40,000 bases of DNA from Peribacillus sp. Aquil_B1. GTDB lineage: Bacteria; Bacillota; Bacilli; Bacillales; DSM-1321. A model generated the notes under the pieces. The model was not told the DNA's origin. It was given only the letters and a program-made list of their open reading frames with translations, and made no database searches. Of this stretch, positions 16,977 to 24,684 are shown piece after piece (position 1 is the first letter of the stretch; each line of letters begins with the position of its first letter). A program made the position numbers and the translations under genes. Location of the stretch: the NCBI RefSeq assembly GCF_022603275.1, contig NZ_JAKXEE010000003.1:460960-500959 (forward strand), in the 5' to 3' direction.

Positions 16977-17002
16977 GAAAAAGGCAACCCGCTAAGGTCG
17001 CC
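16977..17002 (-). terminator. Intrinsic terminator immediately after the endolysin gene
   Basis: Minus strand reads GGCGACC-TTAGCG-GGTTGCC followed by TTTTTC. It lies 9 nt after the amidase stop. Confidence 0.7.
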
Positions 17003-17010
17003 ACAATCAT

Positions 17011-17808
17011 CTATTTTGTATATTTGACGTACTGCGCTGCGGCTGTGATGAAATTCCCTGATTTCAGTTTGTACATTTTCGAGCCACTGACTGTCAGGGA
17101 TCCGACTACCGTAAAAACTTCGCCCTTATTGACCTTCGCTTTCTTGGCATTCCAGTCGGCTTTATCGTAGAACCAAAGGCCATCGACTAAAACCTTAACC
17201 GTACCCTTAGCGCTGACTACCGGCTTACTTGCGGGCTTACTTAACGGCTTGCTTACGGGCTTAACTTCCGGCTTCGGCGTTTCTTTTATCTCTTTGCCCG
17301 AAAGTGATTCCGCAATCGCACGACAACATTTATCGAAGTTCTTAAGATATGCTTCGGCGTTTGTCGCAGTATCAACGAAACAAACCTCGATAAGAATAGC
17401 CGGTTTATGCGTGCCGTTCAAAAAGCCGAGGTCTTCCCGCTTCTTAGCTCCGCGGTCCTTAATCCCGATAGCTTCCGCGATTGCCTTCGATACTTTTGCG
17501 GCAATTGCTTTGTTTCCGCTAGAAAGATAAAGGACTTCCACGCCGCCGATTTCCTTCGTCCCTGCGTTAAAATGAACGGATACGTCCAGGTCGCGTTCCT
17601 TGCTGTTATGGTACCGTACGATTCCGTTAACATTATCGCGTTTAGTCCGCGAAGTATTATCGTGGTATTCGACTACGCTGCAACCTAATTCTTTCATATA
17701 GTCCGTTACCTTACTTACGACCCGACGCGCTTCGAAAACCTCGTTTAAAATGTCCACCGCTCCACTGACATACTTAGCATGACCACTCGAAATTACGAAT
17801 TTATTCAT
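17011..17808 (-). CDS. Endolysin: N-acetylmuramoyl-L-alanine amidase (Amidase_3) with a C-terminal SH3-like wall-binding domain
   Basis: 265 aa. Motifs ISSGH, DVSVHFNA and ILIEVCF are typical of CwlA/Amidase_3. Pro/Lys linker KPEVKPVSKPLSKPASKP. The start overlaps the holin stop (ATGA). Confidence 0.9.
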   Translation of the reverse strand: MNKFVISSGHAKYVSGAVDILNEVFEARRVVSKVTDYMKELGCSVVEYHDNTSRTKRDNVNGIVRYHNSKERDLDVSVHFNAGTKEIGGVEVLYLSSGNKAIAAKVSKAIAEAIGIKDRGAKKREDLGFLNGTHKPAILIEVCFVDTATNAEAYLKNFDKCCRAIAESLSGKEIKETPKPEVKPVSKPLSKPASKPVVSAKGTVKVLVDGLWFYDKADWNAKKAKVNKGEVFTVVGSLTVSGSKMYKLKSGNFITAAAQYVKYTK

Positions 17809-18317
17809 TTTGTCGGCTCCTTTTCGATTGTTTTAGTTTCGGTTATCTCTTCGATTGTCGTAGTTTCCATCTGTACTCCATCTTCGCCCTGCTTAACGAT
17901 TATCTGCTCGACCTGTTTTACTTCGATGGTGTCCGCCTTTTCCTTCAAGACAAGTAAATATTTTTTAATAAACGAAGGTAACGGAACGCCCATTAAGCCT
18001 AAGTTTTCGAGGATACTTAAGCCCTCCATGCCGATATAAAACGAGATTACTGCGGTTTTAGCCACCGGCATACCCGCGAACATTACGATATCAAGCATAT
18101 TTGCGATTATGAGGACTACGATAATCCCGGCTTTCCGCATCATGCCTTGTGACATATTCCGGCTTCTAAGTGCTTTATCGTAAAATCCTTTTGCGACACC
18201 TGTAAGGATGTCTAATACGATCATTACAAGCAATACGCCTAGTAACGGTGTCCACGCTCCGAATAAAAAGGTTAACGGAATTCCGACCATGCTCGAAAAA
18301 AGTGTAAGCTTAAACAT
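17805..18317 (-). CDS. Holin (phi LC3 / toxin-secretion holin family) with an acidic C-terminal tail
   Basis: Three predicted TM helices with a DILTG motif. It lies directly upstream of the amidase. ATG 18317 (MFKLTLF) has an AAAGGAG Shine-Dalgarno 8 nt upstream. The track start at 18341 is a GTG without a Shine-Dalgarno. Confidence 0.8.
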   Translation of the reverse strand: MFKLTLFSSMVGIPLTFLFGAWTPLLGVLLVMIVLDILTGVAKGFYDKALRSRNMSQGMMRKAGIIVVLIIANMLDIVMFAGMPVAKTAVISFYIGMEGLSILENLGLMGVPLPSFIKKYLLVLKEKADTIEVKQVEQIIVKQGEDGVQMETTTIEEITETKTIEKEPTK

Positions 18318-18386
18318 TTTATTTGCTCCTTTCTGTTGCACTATTACACCGCCTTTAGTATATTTAGGTAGTGGTTCAAGCCACGC

Positions 18387-18429
18387 AAAAAGGTCGCCTC
18401 TCTCTTCAACGGTAGGGGCGGCCTTTTTT
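18387..18429 (-). terminator. Candidate (bidirectional-looking) terminator between the tail and lysis modules
   Basis: GGCCGCC / GGCGACC arms (7 bp, one mismatch, 18-nt loop) flanked by an A-run and a T-run. Confidence 0.4.
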
Positions 18430-18446
18430 GTGCGTTTATTTAAGTC

Positions 18447-18560
18447 GATTAAGCTTCGTCCGCGTCAAGTAGAGCTTGCACTTCCGCTCTCCAACGTACC
18501 GGAACCTTTTCGATAGTCCTTAGTCCTGCGTGAATCAAGTCGTAGTATATTTTCACCATA
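18447..18560 (-). CDS. Small XkdX-like phage protein (37 aa)
   Basis: Below the ORF-track cutoff. GGAGGTG Shine-Dalgarno 7 nt before ATG 18560. Peptide: MVKIYYDLIHAGLRTIEKVPVRWRAEVQALLDADEA. Small proteins with the IYY...G..T.E.VP motif commonly follow fibre genes in Xkd-type tails. Confidence 0.6.
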
Positions 18561-18561
18561 A

Positions 18562-18915
18562 TCAAGCACCTCCCGATATTAGTTCGGCTAATTCCGCTAT
18601 AGCCAATTGAGTTTCGTTCCGATCAGCTTCTCTTTCTTCCGCCATTTCTGCGATTACCAACTTCAATCCGAGATTTTCCTCTTTTAAAAGTTCCATTTCC
18701 GTAGGTGCGTTTTTCGCTGCTTCTTTCTCTGCGATTAGACTTTTTTGATATTCGGCATCCTTCACTAGCTTTCCGTTTGAATACGTGAAAATGAACGGAT
18801 TCCTTAAAAGTTCGTGGTCGTCTGTAACTACTACCTCGATATCGGAGGCATTACCGCGAGTACTTCCCCAACCGCAAACACGTTTATCCTTGTCGACATT
18901 TATGAAAACCTGCAT
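18562..18915 (-). CDS. XkdW-like fibre-associated protein
   Basis: 117 aa. Sits after the tail fibre gene. C-terminal coiled-coil segment (ELLKEENLGLKLVIAEMAEE). Confidence 0.55.
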   Translation of the reverse strand: MQVFINVDKDKRVCGWGSTRGNASDIEVVVTDDHELLRNPFIFTYSNGKLVKDAEYQKSLIAEKEAAKNAPTEMELLKEENLGLKLVIAEMAEEREADRNETQLAIAELAELISGGA

Positions 18916-18931
18916 TTATTCCACCCCTTTT

Positions 18932-19837
18932 TTAGAACGATATGATACGACGTAAGACTGCATCGTCAGATTTCGCGAAGCTGTTTTTATTTATGTCGTT
19001 GCCTTTTATCGTTGAATCGGTAACTGTTATCTGCTTAATCGTTGTTTCGAGCTTATCTTCACTTATAAAGCCGGGTATAGAGCAATACATACTTGCGCCA
19101 ACCCCTGGGAACATGTTCGGGAATTCTTTCGGAATGAAGGTCGAAACAAATTGATAATCGTTAGACCCCGCACCGACATCGTAATCGCTCCATAGCAATA
19201 TCCAACCGGTACGACATTCGGATAATTTTTTCGCAGGTGTAACAGTATCGGCGGCCATTGGATAGACTCCGCCAGACCATAAAACTTCCTGAGTATAAAG
19301 CTCCGCTCTCAATGCGTTTACTTTCGCTTGCGCTCCTTCGGTTGTTTCGAGTTGCTTCCACGCTGTCCAGGCCCCGTTAGTTTGGTTACGCATGAAAAGT
19401 TCCATATAAGCAGTATTCGAGTTTCGGAAAGACATCTGATGCCTTGCGTTTACGCCATACTTCATATTGATGACGTAATAAAGATTCGCAGCGTTCGGGG
19501 AGTTTGTTAGATTAGTTCCGATATAAAATCCTGTAGCATCTAAAGCGTTTAAATCCGTATTCGTAATAACTTTTGCAACATCGCCTAGACCGAACGACTT
19601 AGCGAAATTAATTGCGTTAGTCTCAGCCGTACCCGCTTTACTTGTCGATCCCGAAGTCGTTTCTATAGATGCCGGTATCTGAGTTGTTGGTACTTTTCCG
19701 CCAGTATCTAGCGTAGCCAATCCGTTCGCGACTCCGACTTTCGCATCGACTCCGTTTGCTAGTGCGTTCATATCCCGCACTACATCCGCTGTCATATTGT
19801 CCGTGATTATTGGCAGTCCTAATTTTGTAGTAGCCAT
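18932..19837 (-). CDS. Tail fibre protein (conserved N-terminal fibre motif plus knob-like domain)
   Basis: 301 aa. GLATLDTGGKVPTTQIP is a fibre motif. TDLNALDATGFYIG...WTAWKQL resembles the pyocin-knob-type domain. Confidence 0.75.
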   Translation of the reverse strand: MATTKLGLPIITDNMTADVVRDMNALANGVDAKVGVANGLATLDTGGKVPTTQIPASIETTSGSTSKAGTAETNAINFAKSFGLGDVAKVITNTDLNALDATGFYIGTNLTNSPNAANLYYVINMKYGVNARHQMSFRNSNTAYMELFMRNQTNGAWTAWKQLETTEGAQAKVNALRAELYTQEVLWSGGVYPMAADTVTPAKKLSECRTGWILLWSDYDVGAGSNDYQFVSTFIPKEFPNMFPGVGASMYCSIPGFISEDKLETTIKQITVTDSTIKGNDINKNSFAKSDDAVLRRIISF

Positions 19838-19852
19838 GTTCCGCCTCCTCTG

Positions 19853-20422
19853 TTATTTGTCCGTTAATATAAATCCGTACGTTTTGGCGCTTGTTTTTAA
19901 TGCCGTGTAGCTCGCGTACTTCGCTTTAAGCTGCGTATATGTCGCGTAGGTAAATTCGAATGCTACCGCCAAGTGTGCCGGGATAATGTCGCGTAAAGCT
20001 TTCTCAATATCCGGCTGATTATCAGGCACGCCGAGCTTGCCGACAAACCTGACCGTTATCTTATAATTGGCGTTGTCCTCAATAATCACGACCTCGCCGT
20101 TAACGTAGGATTCCGCTACACTCTTAATCAAGCTCACCGTCACCATACCAACGCCGCGAATCTTTGACTTTACGAATCCCCTACGCTGGCTTAACGGCTT
20201 GCTTTCGTCCACGGGCACGCCAGCGAAACGTTCCCAATTCGCTAGGCCCCACGTAGCCGTATCGATAAAGAATTGATCGAGTACGTCGTTCGTATCTGCA
20301 TTCAGTTTCGCAATAACGGCCGACTCTGCGTCGATAACCGCATTAGCTTCACGAATCTCGTCATAGTAGCGTGGTATATAGTCGTGCATGGCTTGGTTTA
20401 TATCGCGTATGTTCCTGTTCAT
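19853..20422 (-). CDS. XkdU/YmfQ-like baseplate/tail protein (DUF2313-like)
   Basis: 189 aa. Sits immediately after baseplate J. WGLANWERF motif. Confidence 0.7.
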   Translation of the reverse strand: MNRNIRDINQAMHDYIPRYYDEIREANAVIDAESAVIAKLNADTNDVLDQFFIDTATWGLANWERFAGVPVDESKPLSQRRGFVKSKIRGVGMVTVSLIKSVAESYVNGEVVIIEDNANYKITVRFVGKLGVPDNQPDIEKALRDIIPAHLAVAFEFTYATYTQLKAKYASYTALKTSAKTYGFILTDK

Positions 20423-21462
20423 GTGAATGTCACCACGCCCGTTATACCTACTTGGTCCGCTGTCGGCGTTATATTTACGATTCCTCCGTTAACTTTTAAG
20501 TTTGTATAGTCAATAACTTCGGGAACATCAAGGACTAGATTTGCAATACGTGTATAACGGATCGCCTCGCCAGTAAATGCGACGGACTTTAAGTATTCCG
20601 TAAGCCCCTCGTTAAATTGCGCTGTGACATTCGCTAACGAAGACCCGGCTTTTAACGTAAGCGTAGCCGTAACGCCGATAGCAAGTTCGCTCGCCCCGAC
20701 TACGGTAACAGTTGCTCCGATAGGGCGATTCGTTTCGATATAGTCCCTTACCTGAGTAATAACGCTCGCCGAAGGTGCCGTTTTTTCTGTATCAAGTAAA
20801 ACGACCTTAACCGTGCCCCCGCCATTCCAAACCGGATATACTTTCGCATCTCCAATCCCTGCCACTTCTAACGCCCATTGTCGATAGTGATTCGCGTTGC
20901 CCGAAGTAACTGGCTTTTGTACGCGGTCCTTAAGCCGTGTTAGTAGCGATAAATCGTCCTCTTCATCCGATCCCCCGTCGAAGTTAAACTCATTGTATAC
21001 CGTAACTATTCCGTATAAATCGCCAGGCGCTAGCGATGTAATGTCGCCAGCCGCTACGTTCCCGTCAATTCCTCCGACCTCTGCTTCGACCATAACTGCA
21101 GCTGGCAGTACATCGTCCTCAAGTGTGACGAAAAATATCTCCGAATCTGTTTGCACTCGCGTTCCTGCCGGGATTGGTAAATCCTCCGGACCCCTTAGTT
21201 CAACAACGCCCTGCGCTTTAACTGCCGGCTTTCGTACTACGCCAAACTCGCTCGCCCGCATATCGAGGAAAATGCCCTCCGTTGTTTCTGCGAATCCTAG
21301 GCCGAGTACTGAGTCAAGTTCGACGTAATTATTTGCGATTTCGATTGCAGCCGGAAATACTAAGTCGTGTGCGACCGATCCTTCCCGCTTATCTATTGCC
21401 GAATCCATGCTATCGAGCATTGTTTCGAGTAGTTGCTCCGGTGTCATTTCTTCGTAAGCCAT
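20419..21462 (-). CDS. Baseplate J-like protein (XkdT-like)
   Basis: 347 aa. Size, position and N-terminal pattern (REGSVAHDLVFPAAIE) match the baseplate J family. Confidence 0.85.
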   Translation of the reverse strand: MAYEEMTPEQLLETMLDSMDSAIDKREGSVAHDLVFPAAIEIANNYVELDSVLGLGFAETTEGIFLDMRASEFGVVRKPAVKAQGVVELRGPEDLPIPAGTRVQTDSEIFFVTLEDDVLPAAVMVEAEVGGIDGNVAAGDITSLAPGDLYGIVTVYNEFNFDGGSDEEDDLSLLTRLKDRVQKPVTSGNANHYRQWALEVAGIGDAKVYPVWNGGGTVKVVLLDTEKTAPSASVITQVRDYIETNRPIGATVTVVGASELAIGVTATLTLKAGSSLANVTAQFNEGLTEYLKSVAFTGEAIRYTRIANLVLDVPEVIDYTNLKVNGGIVNITPTADQVGITGVVTFT

Positions 21463-21882
21463 TTATATCGCCACCTCCTCCGTAAATTGCGACACGCCTG
21501 CAACGGGAACGACTGTAAAACTTACATATAGCTTGTCGCCGCTGCGTGTGTATTCTATATCCGCTATATCTTCTATTCTTTCGTCATACGCGAGGGCTTC
21601 GTACACCATTCGCGGGATTTCGGAATCAAGTAGCGCAGGCGAAAAGTCTTCGCCGACTAATTCCTGCAGTTCGTTTCCGTAGTCATCCGAATAGATAGCG
21701 TACTTCGACCGCTCTGTTAGAAGTGCCTTAATGACAAACTGCCGCAAGGCTAACTCCTCGTCGATATAGCCGCCAATCGTACCGTTCGCGAAATCAATCG
21801 CCCACGTTTTCGAAGGCTCCGTTATCTCTTCCGTTTCCTCTTCGTTAGTTTCCGGTATAAAACTTTCTGGTGTTAACGCCAT
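21463..21882 (-). CDS. XkdS-like baseplate protein (DUF2634-like)
   Basis: 139 aa. Synteny between the XkdR-like and XkdT-like genes. PSKTWAIDF motif. Confidence 0.65.
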   Translation of the reverse strand: MALTPESFIPETNEEETEEITEPSKTWAIDFANGTIGGYIDEELALRQFVIKALLTERSKYAIYSDDYGNELQELVGEDFSPALLDSEIPRMVYEALAYDERIEDIADIEYTRSGDKLYVSFTVVPVAGVSQFTEEVAI

Positions 21883-22163
21883 TAAATCACCGCCTTATCG
21901 ATTACGAAATAAAACTGCGTGTCGTCGTCGCTGATTACGATAACTGCATCGCCCATCGCGAGCCCTCTATCGGCCACCGTTTGCGATACGATTAAGTCGT
22001 CAGAGTCGAGCACTATCCCGTCAACATTTACGGAAAGGCTAGGCGATGGCGATACGACCGTTCCGACCTCGATTGTTATATCCTTGTTTCGTCCGTGCTT
22101 TCGCATTAATTGTATTATTTGACTAGCCGGTGAACCTTCGATTTTATTCATTCGTTTTTCCAT
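21882..22163 (-). CDS. XkdR-like small baseplate/spike protein (DUF2577-like)
   Basis: ATG 22163 (MEKRMNKIEG) is preceded by GGAGGGTG. The track start at 22205 would overlap the upstream gene by 40 nt. Confidence 0.65.
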   Translation of the reverse strand: MEKRMNKIEGSPASQIIQLMRKHGRNKDITIEVGTVVSPSPSLSVNVDGIVLDSDDLIVSQTVADRGLAMGDAVIVISDDDTQFYFVIDKAVI

Positions 22164-22165
22164 CG

Positions 22166-24025
22166 TTATAGCACCCTCCTTATCTCCATGTAGTGACTCC
22201 CCCAATAACCTGTCGTATAGCTGTGCTCTTTACAGCCGGATGATGCTAAGCTCATGCAGTAGCCCGGCCTTGTTACGATACCAACGTGCGAAACGCCCGC
22301 TCGATACGTACCTTTGAAGAAAACTAAGTCGCCAGCCTGTGCGCTCGCTTTCGAAACTTGCCTACCTTTTCGTATTTGAGTCGAAGTTCCGTGTCCGATA
22401 TTCATGCCGATAGCACGATTAAACACGTAGTACGTAAAGCCTGAGCAGTCACCTGTTCCGTTTACGATGCTTTTACCTCCGAATACATAACGAATTTGAC
22501 CTTTAAAGCTTCGCGCTAATCTGACTACGTTAGCCGCTTTATCCATCGAAGCACTTCCGGATGCTGCGCTGCCCGAAAGTTTCTCAATCCATTTCCTTTC
22601 GATACTGCTCCACTTACTCGCCTTGCTCCGTGCATCTGAGCGCCCTTTCCCGCGTTCTAGTACTTTAATTTGTACATTCCGAACGCCGAACGCCATCGCT
22701 TTCGAGGCTTTAACGGCAATATCAATTCGCTTATTCTTAATCGCTCCACCGGTGTCTTCCGCAAGATATAAGCCGGAATACTCGTTTGCACTCGGTACAT
22801 AAATCGCGACAATTGATCCGTAAGGGATAACGTTAGGGTCGACCGCAATTGTCCGCCCTTCTACTACCTTCGTACCGCTAGCCGTTAAGCCGGTTCCGCT
22901 GCTATTAATTCCGCCAAGTGAAGGGGCGTAAGCTGTAGCCACGTACCCGCCTGTATAAGCAATACCGACGATTTTCTTTCCTTCGGCTGCTACGTACTTG
23001 TCTTGCGGCTTATCCTTCGCAGGCTCCTCCGGTGGCTCGTATTCGATTTCGTTAAGTTCTAACGTTTTCGAAACTTGTAGCGACATCCGATGCAAGCCGT
23101 TAGCATCTATCGAATGAGAATCGGTTATAACGTAAAATCCCCCGCTAATTCCGGTCATCTTTTCGCTTACCTGGACCATGCGGCCTGCGATAATCGAATC
23201 GTCTCCGATTGCTTCTACGCTCGAATCTTTCTCGACTTTGTTGAGCTCCTTAAGTAGTGCGTTGGCAATCGGTTTAAGCTGCGAATCTGTCTTCTCGCTT
23301 TCGTGCTCTTTTTCCCGCATTAAGCCGTACTTCTTAACGGATGCCGAATCGCTTACTGTAACGCCCTTAGATTCCTCGCCAGTTTTTCCGGTGATTCTCA
23401 CGCTGTTACGTAAATCCTCGATTGACTCCGAATAGGAAGCACTAAGCAAGTTCGCCCCATCTTGTATAATTAATCGCTTGACCTGCGTTTGGCGTTCGCG
23501 AAGTACTAGCTTTCCGCCTTCATTTCCAAGCAAAAAAACCTTGCCGGTCTTCTTTCGAGTCTCGGTCAAGGCTATAGTGATCATGTCGTAAAGCGTTTTG
23601 CCGCGAAGTATTAGCTTCGGGATAACGTAGCCAGTATCGTCGATATGGCCGTAAGGAATATCGTACCGTTTGCATATTGTTTTTATAATCTCCGAGGCTT
23701 TATCCTTAACGAATTTTATCGAGTCTGTATTCTTCGTAAGGTAGTAATTGTAGTCCCACGCCGTAAACGAAAAGGATCCCTTGCTTTCGATTTGAGTCGA
23801 AAAGACAACGCCCCGAAATATCTCTTTGCTGTTGTTATACAAACGAATCTCTTTTCCGACCTCTACGTTAACCGCTTTAGTTGTACCGTTAATCGTATTG
23901 TGCATAGAGATATCGACTTTACGGCTTACTTGCGTAGTCTCACCGGACCACGTTAGCGAAGTTATAAACTCGCCCAATCGTGTATAGCTCGACGAACTTT
24001 CGTAATACCGAACTGAAAAACTCAT
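22166..24025 (-). CDS. XkdQ-like baseplate hub protein fused to two peptidoglycan hydrolase domains (3D/RlpA-like and NlpC/P60)
   Basis: 619 aa. The N-terminal about 330 aa are XkdQ/late-control-D-like. The 3D-type block is GRTIAVDPNVIPYGSIV...LAEDTGGAIKNKRIDI. The NlpC/P60 block is YVFGG...GDCSGFTYYVF...GDLVFF...SHVGIV. Confidence 0.8.
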   Translation of the reverse strand: MSFSVRYYESSSSYTRLGEFITSLTWSGETTQVSRKVDISMHNTINGTTKAVNVEVGKEIRLYNNSKEIFRGVVFSTQIESKGSFSFTAWDYNYYLTKNTDSIKFVKDKASEIIKTICKRYDIPYGHIDDTGYVIPKLILRGKTLYDMITIALTETRKKTGKVFLLGNEGGKLVLRERQTQVKRLIIQDGANLLSASYSESIEDLRNSVRITGKTGEESKGVTVSDSASVKKYGLMREKEHESEKTDSQLKPIANALLKELNKVEKDSSVEAIGDDSIIAGRMVQVSEKMTGISGGFYVITDSHSIDANGLHRMSLQVSKTLELNEIEYEPPEEPAKDKPQDKYVAAEGKKIVGIAYTGGYVATAYAPSLGGINSSGTGLTASGTKVVEGRTIAVDPNVIPYGSIVAIYVPSANEYSGLYLAEDTGGAIKNKRIDIAVKASKAMAFGVRNVQIKVLERGKGRSDARSKASKWSSIERKWIEKLSGSAASGSASMDKAANVVRLARSFKGQIRYVFGGKSIVNGTGDCSGFTYYVFNRAIGMNIGHGTSTQIRKGRQVSKASAQAGDLVFFKGTYRAGVSHVGIVTRPGYCMSLASSGCKEHSYTTGYWGSHYMEIRRVL

Positions 24026-24684
24026 TTCGGAATCACCAACTTTTGACCAGGATAAATCCAGTGCGGATTCCTGCCGATTACTTTCCTATTCGCCGGAACA
24101 TTATAGATTTTACGCCACTTCATCGCATCGCCGTATATAGACTTCTTCTTCGCGATATTCCATAGACAATCGCCTTTCTTGACTACATACATCTTTGGCG
24201 GCTTCGGCTTCGGTTTTGGCGGTCGTGGTTTCGGTTTAGGCTTCGGTTTTGCAACCTTTACCTTTTCGACCTTTACTTCGCGCCACTCTTTTAAGGGTAT
24301 CGTAAAGTATATATCGCCAGGATTTCCGGCCCGTTCCGGCTCGATTTGAAAGTCGCGAATTGTAACCTCGACATTTATTCCGCCTGCCCCCGTTACAACG
24401 TAGCGAATAGGCTCGCGATCATTACGCCATGAACCGATTTTCGTAACGAATGCACTCGGCTTAATAAAATCCTTGTATCCGCAATAGGAAGGATTATACT
24501 CGCGGGGCCAGAATGAAGAGATTTCGAACTCCCGTAAGCCCCGTTTCTTAATCGTTGTGATTTCGCCTAACCCTTCGACCTCGACCTCCTCGTACCCGAA
24601 CGGAGATATATACGCATTACTTACGGGATTAACGGGCAGGCGAAGCTTATCTTTACCTTTGATTAACCAGTATTCATTGCTCAT
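24022..24684 (-). CDS. XkdP-like tail protein with a C-terminal LysM domain
   Basis: 220 aa. (KP)n linker. LysM block YVVKKGDCLWNIAKK...IYPGQKLVIP. Confidence 0.85.
   Translation of the reverse strand: MSNEYWLIKGKDKLRLPVNPVSNAYISPFGYEEVEVEGLGEITTIKKRGLREFEISSFWPREYNPSYCGYKDFIKPSAFVTKIGSWRNDREPIRYVVTGAGGINVEVTIRDFQIEPERAGNPGDIYFTIPLKEWREVKVEKVKVAKPKPKPKPRPPKPKPKPPKMYVVKKGDCLWNIAKKKSIYGDAMKWRKIYNVPANRKVIGRNPHWIYPGQKLVIPK

Noticed and set aside
24190-24250. Short-period DNA repeat (ggcttcggtttt-like units)
   Set aside because: It simply encodes the (Lys-Pro)n linker KPKPKPKPRPPKPKPKPPK of the LysM tail protein. It is not a CRISPR array or a regulatory tandem repeat.
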